Shown here: in pieces, positions 15,038-35,904 of the stretch
How the letters are laid out: each line of letters begins with the position of its first letter
Position numbering within the stretch: position 1 is the first letter of the stretch
Assembly: GCF_009914755.1 (NCBI RefSeq)
Contig: NC_060936.1
DNA length: 64,000 nt
Origin: the human T2T-CHM13v2.0 reference genome, Homo sapiens
Direction: 5' to 3' (one strand)
The notes under the pieces: model-generated
Databases searched by the model: none
The model's input: only the letters and a program-made list of their open reading frames with translations
What the model was told of the DNA's origin: nothing
Position numbers and translations under genes: made by a program

Positions 15038-15715
15038 CTTTGTGGTTTTATCTACTTTTGGTCTTTGATGATGGTGATGTACAGATGGGTTTTCGGTGTA
15101 GATGACCTTTCTGGTTGTTAGTTTTCCTTCTAACAGACAGGACCCTCAGCTGCAGGTCTGTTGGAATACCCAGCTGTGTGAGGTGTCAGTGTGCCCCTGC
15201 TGGGGGGTGCCTCCCAGTTAGGCTGCTCGGGGGTCAGGGGTCAGGGACCCACTTGAGGAGGCAGTCTGCCCGTTCTCAGATCTCCAGCTGCATGCTGGGA
15301 GAACCACTGCTCTCTTCAAAGCTGTCAGACAGGGACACTTAAGTCTGCAGAGGTTACTGCTGTCTTTTTGTTTGTCTGTGCCCTGCCCCCAGAGGTGGAG
15401 CCTACAGAGGCAGGCAGGCCTCCTTGAGCTGTGGTGGGCTCCACTCAGTTCGAGCTTCCCGGCTGCTTTGTTTACCTAAGCAAGCCTGGGCAATGGCGGG
15501 CGCCCCTCCCCCAGCCTCGTTGCCGCCTTGCAGTTTGATCTCAGACTGCTGTGCTAGCAATCGGCGCGACGCGATTCCGTGGGCGTAGGACCCTCTGAGC
15601 CAGGTGTGGGATATAGTCTCGTGGTGCGCCGTTTCTTAAGCCGGTCTGAAAAGCGCAATATTCGGGTGGGAGTGACCCGATTTTCCAGGTGCGTCCATCA
15701 CCCCTTTCTTTGACT
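15038..15715 (-). promoter_or_regulatory. L1HS 5'UTR lacking its first ~230 nt; antisense promoter region retained and pointing along the + strand
   Basis: CpG-rich L1HS UTR. The GGAGCCAAGATGGCC/YY1 start is absent; the UTR stops at 'cccctttctttgact'. Confidence 0.85.
15493..15588 (+). pseudogene. ORF0: L1 ORF0, frameshifted to 31 aa (MAGAPPPASLPPCSLISDCCASNRRDAIPWA*)
   Basis: ATG at 15493. A 5-bp tandem duplication CGCGA-CGCGA near 15565-15574 brings TAG (15586-15588) in frame. The native ORF0 stop would be TGA at 15711-15713. Confidence 0.8.
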
Positions 15716-15717
15716 GA

Positions 15718-17109
<1,392 letters not shown>

Positions 17110-17334
17110 ACAATGAGATCACATGGACATAGGAAGGGGAATATCACACTCTGGGGACTGTGGTGGGGTCGGGGGAGGGGGGAGGGATAGCATTGGGAGA
17201 TATACCTAATGCTAGATGACACGTTAGTGGGTGCAGCGCACCAGCATGGCACATGTATACATATGTAACTAACCTGCACAATGTGCACATGTACCCTAAA
17301 ACTTAGAGTATAATAAAAAAAAAAAAAATTAAAA

Positions 17335-17376
<42 letters not shown>

Positions 17377-17700
17377 TCTTCCCCCAGGGGAATATGCCAT
17401 TTTATAAACATAAAATAAAAGAAAAAAAAAAAAAAGGTTAAGTACTTTGTGTCAAGAGTAGGTTAAGTGCCAGGGACCAAAAGATGATTAAGACAGAGTA
17501 CCTGCTCTAGTGATAATAGGTTAGAGATTATGCTTTTTAGTTTGTTTACTGTTGTCCAGATGAACTTCTGTTTAATCTGACACAAGTATGTCTCAATATG
17601 GAGCTGAGAGCAGGGTATTTACACCTGTCCTTACTGTCTTTGATTTAAATATTTTAACTATGTCCTCTGATCTGATTGCAGCTATCAAGTACCTCTGCCA

Positions 17701-17730
17701 TTACAAATTCCCACAATGCATTATTGGGAA
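17701..17730. promoter_or_regulatory. Near-palindromic ZNF143/SBS-like motif
   Basis: TTACAAA-TTCCCACAATGCATTA-TTGGGAA resembles the ACTACAA..TCCCA(C/G)AATGCA motif; motif match only. Confidence 0.35.
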
Positions 17731-18659
17731 GCCAGTTGTAAATTACATGACCACTGGAGGAAATACTCTAAGTGTAAATGACCAGGATCAGATTTTATTT
17801 TGTGTTTGTTCACTTGTTTTGTTTCGGTTTGTGGCAGTTGTTCGCAGGTTTCGTTTGTATTAATCTATGTGTCTAGGCCTTGCTTGGCGAGAACAAGATT
17901 TAAATCTGATCGTTTCATTAAGTTAATGCCACCCTGTGAAAAACAACCTGACCAGATGGCAGGCCTTTCTTAATTACACTGCCTCCCCTCTATCATGGCC
18001 TTCAAACTGTAGCATTAATTATACTGCTTAACCTTTTACCACATGCTCTTGAATAATGCTATAAGTAGTTTATTAAATGTTTATCATGTTGGATACTTCT
18101 CTAAATACAAAAAAGTATTGTATATGTAGCTATAATCATTAATTTTTGCAAATTATTATTTAGTAAAATTAAGTAACACCAATAAATAATGTTTTGTTCT
18201 AAAATCTTGATTTCTGCCTAATTATTCTGATTGTTCAGAAAATTTTAAATGGTAAGTTTAGGGCAGTATGAAAAACTAAGGTGTACAATAGCATATTTTA
18301 ATAAATTCATCCATGTAAGTCTGAATATATCTCAGTATTGATGGTAAGTATTGTAGAATTGCTTCTTTTGGAAGATGTTTAAGGATAATCTAAATAATTC
18401 ACTAATAATGCAATTAATTTATTCTCAAAAGCCACTAAATTGTGGGCTAAAGAACCCTCAATGATGGTCGTAATCTTTTACAATTCTAAGATCAGGTCAA
18501 CGTCAGTATCTAAGTTCTTAGTTATTCACATCAACTGTAACACTATAAAATAATTTTTAAATTGCTTTTGGAACTTTGACATTGAATGTGAAGGAAGCAA
18601 AAATAAAAGTATTACCTTTTTGAGCTTTATGTTATTTTAATGTATTAGTTGCTAAAAGT

Positions 18660-18880
18660 GAGATACCTTACCTGTGCTAAATTATTTCATACTCTCATCT
18701 CCCTTGCAAAATATTATTAATTCCATTTTCCAGTTAGGATTCAGAGAGTAAAGTAGCTTGCTAGTTATCAGAGAGGTAAATTAACTTGCCCCAAATTATA
18801 TAGCAAATGTTGACATTGCAATTCAAACTCATGTTTGTTAGACATACCCTCTTCTTCTGCATTTATTTCACTGTAGCGTG
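18660..18880 (-). mobile_element. MIR
   Basis: 'attattaattccattttccagttagga...cagagaggtaaattaacttgccccaa...attcaaactca'. Confidence 0.55.
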
Positions 18881-20287
18881 TTATCTTAGTTCTAATGGAA
18901 AAGGCTAGAGGTTAGACACTGAAGATCCTCTCATGCTGGTTTAAGAAACTTGACCTTTATCTGGAAGGCAATGGGAAAACCTGAAGCTGAATTCCTCCCT
19001 TATTCTGTAGCCTCATTGCCTATCACTCTTCCTTTTCGTGTCTGCACTTCGGCCATACTAACCTTTCAGTTACTCAAAGTTTCTAAGTCCGTTTCAGTCT
19101 CTGTGCCTTTGCTTAATCCATTCTTTGCTCATTCTGTACTTATTTCCAAATAATTCTTCAAATCTCAGCTCTCATGTTATTTTTTATTCAAAGTCTTAGC
19201 TGATCATCTACCCTCTTGTTAGCCATCAGGATTTATTTTTTTATAGTAATCAAATATATTTATTGAATGAACTATTTAATGCATAAGGTACAAAGTATAG
19301 GTACAGACTATTAGGAGAATGTGAGGATCGAACAATATATTGTAAACAGCTAAAAAGGAAAAAGAATAGTTTTCATCAAGAGAATGGTAAGCGTAGAAGA
19401 AATTGAAGGGACTGTCAACATACTCAAACATCAGGTGAAATCTATTTACATCTGATAAAAATATTGAAACTCCACTCCCTGTACCTAAAGTTTCAGAGTT
19501 TTAGGTTAATTGCTCTAAAGCTAAATATGTCAGAAAATTGATTTTGAAACTACTGATTGAAATGCCATCATGAACACACTCTTACCTTAGGTTGCATTGC
19601 AACAAGCAGCTATTTTTATCTATGAGACCAATATTTTCTATACATGTTTTAATTAACATTTCACTTTCACTTTCAATAATATACAGTGAAGATCCTACAA
19701 GATATTTTAATAGGAAAACCTTATAACTGCCTGAAAAAATTTCTGAAATTATATTCAATTGTGTAAAAAATTATAAATTTTCATATAGATTTTGTGTTAG
19801 TTTTTAAACATGCTGATGTGGAGAGTAAGGATATTATATCATATGCCCATGACATTTCCCAGAATTATCAGTCAATGGGAAAATTTTAAACCTCTACATA
19901 TCTCAAACTGATCATCTGTAAAATGGATAAAATCATGCCTACCACAAATACTGAATTTCATGCAGGGTGACTAGAAGATAGAGGAACAGGAGAATTACTG
20001 TCACTATTCTATTACTTTTAAATTTGGTTTCTGCTTTAAACATGTGCTACCTATTAGAAGAAATTTTCTCCATTACTTTAGTTGTTTCTCTACTTTTTAT
20101 TCTTTCTTCTCTACATGTTCCCTTTATACCTATTCTTCAAAGCCACTTTATAAGAAAGGTGAAATGGAAAACATCCAGTATTAGAGCTGGTCAAGGTTTG
20201 AAAGGGCCACAGCTTTCATTTTCTCGTAAGCCCCAAAACAATACGGAAAAATGAAATGTTATATTTTCCACTATTTAAAAATTTCTT

Positions 20288-20600
20288 GGCTGGGCATGGT
20301 GGCTAATGCCTGTAATCCCAGCACTTTGGAAGGCCAAGGCAAGTGAATCACTTGAGGTCAGGAGTTCAAGACCAGCCTGGCCAACATGGTGAAACCCCCT
20401 CTCTACTAAAAATACAAAAATTAGCCCAGCATGGTGGCTCATGCCTGTAATCCCAGCTACTTGGGAGGCTGAGGCAGGAGAATCACATGAACCAGGAGGT
20501 GGAGGTTGCAGCGAGCCGAGATCTCGCCACTATACTCCAGACTGGGTGACAGAGCGAGGTTCCATCTCAAAAAAGAAAATAGGTAAATAAATAAAAATTA
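20288..20600 (+). mobile_element. AluS (Sx/Sz-like), full-length
   Basis: Dimeric Alu with 'cacttgaggtcaggagttcaagaccagcctggccaacatggtgaaacccc'; flanks aaaatttctt / aacatttctt. Confidence 0.95.
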
Positions 20601-21615
20601 AAAATTAACATTTCTTTAAAAAGAAAGTTACTCTTCGAAATATAAAGGTCAAATTCATAATGCTTCACACTATAGCCAACCACAGATATATTAAAGCTAA
20701 AACGAAGTGTTAATGATAGAAAACACATAGTGGGCATTCTAGGTCACCAACCAAGCTTCCATGAGCTTTTTTTTTGTTGTAACAGAAACTTGATTTTACC
20801 TGGATTTATATTTTTCTAGGACAGAACCCTTCTTGACACAAGAAAAGTCACCAACAGGGGTGGGCTCAAAATGTCCATAGCTATTTTCTCATTCTTGTGA
20901 AGATAAAGCCAATATATAGAAGAAAGCCGTTAATAGTGACATAGAAAGTAGTTTGAATATGAAATACTCTGTCCTTCTGGACTTCACATTATATGAGAAA
21001 AGAAAATTTCTCATCTTATGAAGTCAATATGAATTTTATCTTTAATTACTTCCACACAAAAACATCATCCATAGTAAAGGATAGGATTTGAAATTTTTAA
21101 TGTAATGAGAAAACTTAGGCTGAAATTAGGCACTGTGACATGCCAAATCCCACAGACAGATTGTTGTAAAAATAGAACATATTCTCAAATCACCTCATTT
21201 CTATTATTAGCCCTTTTCTTCTGGTAAGTGCCTTGCAGTAAAACTCATAATAAAAAAGTACAAACAGAGTTCCATTGTCTCATGATATTCCACAACACAG
21301 GAAATATATGAAAATCTTCAGTCTGTCAAAGAAAGCAATGTCTTCAGTCCTTGTCCCCATGACTTTAATTATGTAAACTCTTCAGAAATTATATCTTAAG
21401 TCCAAATATTTCAACTGAACTCTATAGCATCATGCTCACTTATTTCATTTACTAGACTAGTAATATGAATTATGTACTACTGGGACTACTAAGACCAATT
21501 GAATTACCAATATAAAATGCAAGTAGGGATTTGTGTTATGAGAGATTATTTATACCATAGACTCCTTGGATAGCTATTCCTGGAATAACATTGATAATTG
21601 CTGTTTAATTCTTTT

Positions 21616-21898
21616 GGGACAGAGTTTCACTTTTGTTGCCCAGTCTGGAGTACAGTGGCATGATCTTGGCTCACTGCAAATTCTGCCTCCCTGAGCCAAG
21701 CAATTCTCCTGCCTCAGCCTTCCAAGTAGCTAGGACTACAGATGTGAACCACCACACCTGGCTAATTTTTGTATTTTTAGTAGCAACTGGGTTTCACCAT
21801 GTTTGCCAGGCTGGTCTCAAACTCCTGACCTCAAGTGATCCACCTGCTTAAGCCTCCCAAAGTGCTGGGATTACAGGTGTGAGCCACCGCACCCAGCC
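21616..21898 (-). mobile_element. AluS (Sp/Sq/Sx-like), full-length, essentially tailless
   Basis: Reverse dimeric Alu. Perfect 9-bp TSD AATTCTTTT at 21607-21615 and 21899-21907. Confidence 0.95.
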
Positions 21899-22007
21899 AA
21901 TTCTTTTAAAATATACTAAAGTTAAAAATGCCTTTAACTACTTTGATTTACAGTTTAAAAAATTATTAATCTACTGAACAAGGTGATGTTTTTGACAGTC
22001 TTCCTGA

Positions 22008-22070
22008 ATATATCAGTTAGCTATTGCTGTTTAATATGCTACACAAAATTTAGTGTCTTGAAAAAGCAAA
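22008..22070 (-). mobile_element. MLT1 LTR end, interrupted by L1; resumes at ~28650-28900
   Basis: 'atcagttagctattgctg...cacaaaatttagtgtcttgaaaa' continues after the L1 as 'aacaatac...ttctcatgagtct...agctgtgtggttct'. Confidence 0.5.
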
Positions 22071-22071
22071 T

Positions 22072-28522
<6,451 letters not shown>

Positions 28523-29229
28523 GAAAAAGCAAAAACACAAAACAAAATATAAAAATTCAAATTAAACAAAGAAAAACGAAGAACAAAAACCAGAAACATA
28601 AAAAAAGGATAGAAACAACAATAGAGAAAATAAATTAAAAAATAAAGAAAAACAATACTGGTTACTTCTCATGAGTCTACATTTTAGCTGTGTGGTTCTA
28701 ACACCAACCATCTTCATACCTCTGTGGACAGTTAGAGCATCAGATGAGATTATTACCTTTGATTCATGTCATCATTTAGGAGAATAGTCTGGGTATGTTC
28801 TCAAGACAAGGGAAAGGTTCCAAGAAAGAGAAGAGAAAGCATTAGACCCCTTGAGGTCTAATATCAGAACTGGTATAGTGATTATTTTAACTTTCGTCAG
28901 TGTTATAGTATCTATTTTTTATTGACCAATCTTTACAGAGTTACAGATTTTAAGGTCATTAGATTTGCACTGATCTCCCTTTAAGATGAATAGGTAGAGT
29001 AGAATAGCATAATAATCTGTTCCCCCAAAACAATGGTAAACCATACTATGAAGAGGGCAACTGTATTTGAAGTTCTTACTATTTGAGCTTTCTTCTAAAA
29101 TACATTAAGGATCAAACATTTTAGCAATTACCCATTTCTTGCCCTTGAAAAGATTCAATATGGTATTTTGAGGAAAGAACAGAATAATTAAATTTAAAAA
29201 ATTGTTAGAAAGTGAGAGTTATAAGAGGC

Positions 29230-29700
29230 CCCATGACCAGACTCCTTCATGAAAGACTCACAGGATTTAGCATATAATAAACTTAATGACTAAGATTTAA
29301 TACAGTGTCACATAAGAATATATAGCCAAGTCTGTAGGAGAAAAAGACACATCAGGCAAAGTCTGGACAAATCCCTATGCAGGCAAGTTAAGCTCTCCCT
29401 GAAGACTAACAGAACATGCTCTCTTATAGCCACGAAATGCAATAACATGTGCAAAATGGTTTTGCCCAAGGAAACCTGTTTGAGCCTATTTTCTGGGTAA
29501 GGGGTGCTGGTCACATAGGCACAAAAAATAACCATAAGTATTTAATTCTATTCTCCCAGAAAGGAAAGAAACTAATGCTCCTGATGATAAAAGTAAAAAT
29601 CTGATAATGAAGAAACAGTTTAAAAGCCAATTTCCCAGAAATAGTCAGGACCAACTCTCTAAAAAGGCCCTTTTAAGAAAAACAGCTTCACATAGTATCT
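29230..29700 (-). mobile_element. LTR fragment, MER21-like
   Basis: 'cagaacatgctct...aaatgcaataacatgtgcaaaatggttttgcccaaggaaacc...gctggtcacataggcac'. Confidence 0.5.
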
Positions 29701-29719
29701 AAATTAAAAAGATAGTTGG

Positions 29720-29940
29720 GGAGTTGAGCAATGAGAACACATGGACACAGGGTGGGGAACATCACACAACGGGGCTGGTCGGGGGTGGGGGGCTGGGGGC
29801 AGATAGCATTAGGAGAAATACTAATACAAATGATGAGTTAATGGGTGCAGCAAACCAATATGGCACATGTATACCTATGTACCAAACCTGCACCTTGTGC
29901 ACATGTACCCTAGAACTTAGAGTATAAAAATTAAAAAAAA
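29720..29940 (+). mobile_element. 5'-truncated L1PA (PA6-like) 3'UTR, ~220 bp
   Basis: L1PA 3'UTR plus A tail; TSD core ATAGTTGG at 29712-29719 and 29941-29948. Confidence 0.9.
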
Positions 29941-32900
29941 ATAGTTGGAAGCCAAATAAAAACAAAATTGGATCTGGAGGCAGAGCAAGACAGCTGAATA
30001 GAACCCTTCAGCAATTGTTCCCCACCCCCAGCAAAGTCACCAAATTGGACAACTATTCACACAATAAAGTACCTTTACAAAAACCAAAAATCAGCTAAGT
30101 GATCACAGTATCTAGTTTTAACATAGTATCAAGGAAAACAGTACCAAAGAGAGTAGGAAAGACAGTCTTGAATTGCTAACACCATCCCTCCCATATCCTC
30201 CACCCACCCTGGCAGCAGTGCCCATAGTGCGGAGAGAGAATCTTTGTGCTTGAGGGAAAGACAGTGCGGTGATTGTGGGACTTTGTATTGGAACTTAGTG
30301 TTGCACTGTCACAGCAGAAAGCAACATGAGACAGAATCCAGCTGACACCCATGGAGGAATTAATTGTGACCAGCCCTAGCCAGAGGGAAATCATTCATTG
30401 CAGTGGTGGTCAGAAGCTAAGTTCCAGTTAGCCCTCCCTCCACAGATAAAACACTCTGGGGTTCTAAATAAACTTGAAAGGCACTCTAGGCCACAAGGAC
30501 TGCAGGTTCTGGGTAATTTCTGGTGCTGTGCTGGACTCAGCAACTGGACTTGGGGTACATGCTGCCTAAGGAGACCCTGAGCAGTGGTGACCAAGACAGT
30601 ACTTGCATCACACCTCTCCCAACCCCTTAGCAGTACAGCTTGCAGCTCTGTGAGGCACTCCTATCCTCCCACTTGAGAAGTGAGTAAAGAGGAGTTTGTC
30701 TTGAAATTTGGACACCAACTCAGTCACAATAGAACAGAGCACCAGGCAGAGTGAGGTCCACCTTCAAGGCCCTAGCTCCCAAATGACATTTGTAGACACA
30801 ACCTGGGCAAGAAAGGAATCCATTGCCTAGAAGGGAAGTGCCCAATTTTGGAAGGATTGATAACCTGCTGATTAAAGAGCCCTTGGGCCTTGAGTAAACA
30901 TCAGCGGTGGAAAGGAAGTACTCACGGTAGGCCTTGGATGAAACCTAAGGCCATACTGACTTCAGGTGTGACCCAGTGCATTTGCAGGTGTAGTGGCCAG
31001 GAGGAGAGACCCCTTTGCTTAAGAAAAGAACAGGGAAGAGTAAAGGGGACTTTGTCTTGCAACTTGGGCACCAGCTCAGCTGCTGTGGGATAGAGCACCA
31101 AGGCTGGGGTTCCCGATTCTAGGCCTTGGATACTGGATGGCATTTCTGGAACTGCTCTGGGCCAGAGATGACTGTTCTGAAGAGAGAGACCCAATTACAC
31201 AAAGTTCCACTTCCACAGTCACTGCACCATCTTTCCCTCAAGCACACAGATCACCACAGCTAACTGAAGAGCCTTGTGACATGAGTGAAATATCAGTGTT
31301 AGCCAGGCAGTACTTGCTGCAGACATGGGGGAAGTGGGGGTCATGGGTAAAACCCATTCTGTATGAAAAGGGAGACAGAAGTGTAGAATGGACTTTATCT
31401 TAGACCTTGGGAGACTGCTCAACCACAGTAAAATAGAGTACCAGGTAGATTCCTAAGATTCCTGACTATAGGCCTGAGCTTCTTGATAGCATGTTGGGAC
31501 CTGTCCTGAGCCAGGGGTGAGCTCACTGTCATGAAGAAAGAACACAAGCATGGATGGATTCACTACCATCCATGTTCAGTGGTAGTGGACTGAAGAGCCC
31601 TCGGGAACTGAGTGAACATCAGTGGTATCCAGGCAGTGGTTGTTGTGGGCCTTGGGCAAGATCCAGGGCTGTGCTGGCTTTGGGTCTCACCCAGCACAAT
31701 CCCAGTGGTGCTGGCCATGGGGGTGGCTTATATCAACCCTCCCCCCAGGCTCCAGGCAGTTCAGCAGAGAAAGACTCTATCTGTTTAGGAAAAAGTAAGA
31801 AAAGAGAATAAGTCTCTGCATGGTAGTCAAGGGAGTTTTCCTAGATCTTACCCAAGTCCACCAAGGTGGTATCTCTACAAGCCTGTAAGACTCACAGTGT
31901 TACGGGGCATGTGTTGCCCCATAATGCAGATACGGCTGCAGTGTCCAAAGAGTTAGAAGACAAAACTCAATTACTTAGAAGTACATTCTCAAGAAGAATG
32001 GGTACAAACAATTCCAGACTGCAAAGACTACAATACCTACCTATTCAATGTACAGACACTGGTGAACATCCACAAGCACCAAGACCATCCAGGAAAACAT
32101 GACCTTACAACACAAACTATATAAGGGACCAGTGACAAATCTTGGAGTGAATGTTGAACAACATTCAACATAACACAAAGAAGGAATTGAGAAAATTTTC
32201 AGATAAATTTAGCTAAGATTGAAATAATTTTAAAACATCAAGCAGAAATTCTGGAGATGAAAAACTCAGTTAACATACTGAAGAATCTGTCTCTCAAGAG
32301 CAGAACTGACCAAGTGGAAGAAAGAATGCATGAGCTTAAAGACAGGGTATTTCAGAATACACGGAGGAGACAAAAAAAAAAAAAAAAAAGCAATGAAGCA
32401 TGCTGACAAGACCTAGAGAATAGTCTCAAAAGGGCAAATGTGAGATATTGGCCTGAAAGAGAAGGTAAAGAGAGATCAGAAAAGAAAATTTATTCAAAGG
32501 AATAATAACAGAGAACTTCCCAAACCTAGAGAATGATATCAATATTAAGTACAAGAAGGTTATAGAACATCAAGCAGGCTTAACCCAAATAAGACAACCT
32601 CAAGACATTTAATAAACTCCAAAAGGTCAAAAGTATTATGGAAACAACAAGATAAAAATAACAAATAACATATAAAGGAGCTTCAATATGTCTGACAGCA
32701 GACTTCTCAGTGGAAACTTTACAGACCAGGAGAGAGTGGTATGACATATTTAAAGTGCTGAATGAGCAGAATTTTCATCCTAGAATAGTACCTCCACTGA
32801 AAATATAATTCAAACATAATAAAGACTTCCCTAGACAAACAAAAGCCAAGGGATTTCATTAATACTAGATCTGTCCTATAAGAGATGCTAACAGGAATTC

Positions 32901-35900
32901 TTCAATTTGGGAAAAAAAGGATACTAATCATCAATAAGAAATTATTTGAAAGTACAAAGCTCACTGACACTGATAAATACACTTAAAACTCAGATAACAC
33001 TGTAATTGTGTGTAAACTACTAATTTTGTGTAGAAAAGCTAGACATAGACAGTATAAGATATAAATAGAAACAAAAAGTTTAAAGAGTGGAGGAATAAAG
33101 TTAAACTGCAAAGTTTTGTTGTTAGTTTTCTCTTTGCTTGTTTATGCAATCAGCAGTAAGCTGTCACCAGTTTTTTAAAAAAATAAGTTGAAAGATATTA
33201 TTTGCAAGCCTCATGGTAAACTTAAATCAAAAACTTATAACAGATACACAATAAAACAAAAGCAAGAAATTAAAACATACCACCTGAAATAAATTACCTA
33301 CACAAAAAGGAAGATAAAAAGGAGGAAGAGAAGACCACAAAACAACCTGAAAACAAATAAAAAAATGGCAGGAGTAAAAACTTGCTTACTTATTGGTTTT
33401 ACTTATTGGTAATAACATTGAATGTAAATAGACTAAACTCTTCAAAAGACAAAGACTGGCTGAATGGATGAAAAAATAATGCCCATTGATGTGTTGCCTA
33501 CAAGAAACACACTTCACCTGTAAAGACACCACAGACTGAAAATAAAGGAATGGAAAGAGGTATTTCATGCCTCTTTTTAGAAACAAAAAAAGAGCAGAAG
33601 TCTATACATGTATCAGACAAAATAGATTTCAATTTAAAAACTATAAAAGGAAACAAAGAAAGTCATGATACTATGATAAAAGGGTGAATTCAACAAAGCA
33701 TACAACAACTGTAAATATATATGCACCCAACACTAGAGTACCCAGATTTATAAAGCAAATATTAGAGCAAAAGAGACAAAGACCCCAATACACTAATAGC
33801 TGCAGAATTCAACACCGCACTTTCAACATCGGGCAGATCATCCAGAAAGAAAATCAACAAAAAAGCATCACACATAATCTGCACCATAGGTCAAATGGAC
33901 CTAATAGATATTCATAGAACATTTCATTCAATGACTACAGAATATACATTCTCAGCCACAAAGGCTCATTCTCAAGGGTAGACCATATATAGTTTGGATG
34001 ACAAAACAAGTCTTAAAAAATTTTAAAAACCTGAAATATCAAGCGTCTTCTCTAACCACAATGGAATGAAACTAGAATTCAATACCAGAGGAATTTGGGA
34101 CACTATACAAATTTATGGAAATTAAACAATATACTCCTATATGACAAGTGGGTCACTGAAGAAATTAAGGAAATTAAACAATTTCTTGAAACAAAAATTG
34201 AAGCACAATATAAAAACATATGGGATACAGGGAAAGCAGTACTAGGAGAGAAGTTTATAGCAATAGATGCCTACATCAAAAATGTAGGGAAACTTATAAA
34301 CAACCTAGCAATGCAACGTAAAGAACTAGAAAAGTGAGCACAAACTAAATCCAAATTTAGTAGAGAAAAATAAATAAAGATCAAGCAGAAATAAATGAAA
34401 TTAGAATTTTAAAAAAAGCAAAACGGGATTGCTGGCAAGATGGCCAAATAGGAACAGCTCCAGTCTGCAGCTCCCAGCGAGACTGATGCAGAAGGTGGGT
34501 GATTTCTGCATTTCCAACTGAGGTACCTGGTTCATCTCATTGGGACTGGTTGGACAATAGGTGCATGGTCTCTTCTCCTCCAAAGGATCACAGCTCCTCG
34601 CCAGCAATGGGACAAAACTGAATGGAGAATGAGTTTGATGAACTGACAGAAGTAGGCTTCAGGAGGTGGGTAATAACAAACCCCTCTGAGCTGAAGGAGC
34701 AGGATCTAACCCAATGCAAGGAAGCTAAGCAATTCATCTAACTTTTCTTCAAGGTTCTAACTAGAATAACCAGTTTAGAGAAGAACATAAATGGCCTGAT
34801 AGAGCTGAAAAACACAGCACAAGAACTTCGTGAAGCATACACAAGTACCAATAGCCAAATTGATCAAGCAGAAGAAAGGATATCAGAGATTGAATATCAA
34901 CTTACTGAAATAAATCCAGAGGACAAGATTAGAAAAAAAAAAAAAAAAGAATATAAAGGAACAAACAAAGTCTCCAAGAAATACAGGACTATGTGAAAAG
35001 ACCAAATCTACATTTGATTGGAGTACCTGAAAGTGACAGGCAGAATGGAACCAAGTTGGAAAACAGTCTTCAGGATATCATCCAGGAGAAGTTCCCCAAA
35101 ATAGCAAGACAAGCTGACATGCAAATTCAGGAAATACAGAGAACACCACAAAGATACTCCTCGAGAAGAACAACCCCAAGACACATAATTGTCATATTCA
35201 CCAAGGTTGAAATGGAGGAAAAAACTTTAAGGGCAGCCAGTGAGAAAGGTTGGGTTGCCCACAAAGGGAAGCCTATCAGACTAATGACAGATTTCTCTGC
35301 AGAAACCCTACAGGCCAGAAGAGAGTGGGGGCCAAATATTCAACATTCTTAAAGAAAAGAATTTTCAACCCAGAATTTCATATCCAGCCAAACTAAGCTT
35401 CATAAGCTAAGGAGAAATAAAATCCTTTACAAACAAGCAAATGTTGAGAGATTTTGTCACCACTAGGCCTGCCGTACAAGAGCTCCTGAAGGAAGCACTA
35501 AACATGGAAAGGAAAAACCGGTATTAGCCAGTGCAAAAACATATCAAATTGTAAACGCCATAGACACTATGAAGAAACTGCATCAATTCACAGGCAAAAT
35601 AACCAGCTAGCATCATTATGACAGGATCAAATTCACATACAACAATATTAACTTTAGAAGTAAATGGGTTAAATGCCTCAATTAAAAGACACAGACTGGC
35701 AAATTGGATAAAGAGTCAAGGCTCATTGTTATGCTGTATTCACTCAGCTCTGGATCAAGCTGACTTAATAGACATCTACAGAACTCCACCCCAAATCAAC
35801 AGAATATACATTGTTCTCAGTACCACATCGCACTTATTCTAAAATTGACCACATAATTGGAAGTAAAACACTCCCCAGCAAATGCAAAAGAATGGAAATC

Positions 35901-35904
35901 ATAA

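Noticed and set aside
17153-17197. G-quadruplex-forming tract
   Set aside because: Standard feature of every L1PA/L1HS 3'UTR
17374-17435. Possible short 3' transduction: unique ~40 bp, then AATAAA and a second A-run
   Set aside because: The TSD match (AAA.AGAGTC) sits right after the first tail, and the sequence after the second A-run does not match the left flank convincingly. An empty-site allele would settle it.
17945-17965. CTCF-like 'ccagatggcag'
   Set aside because: Lacks the conserved upstream CC of the core motif; too weak on its own
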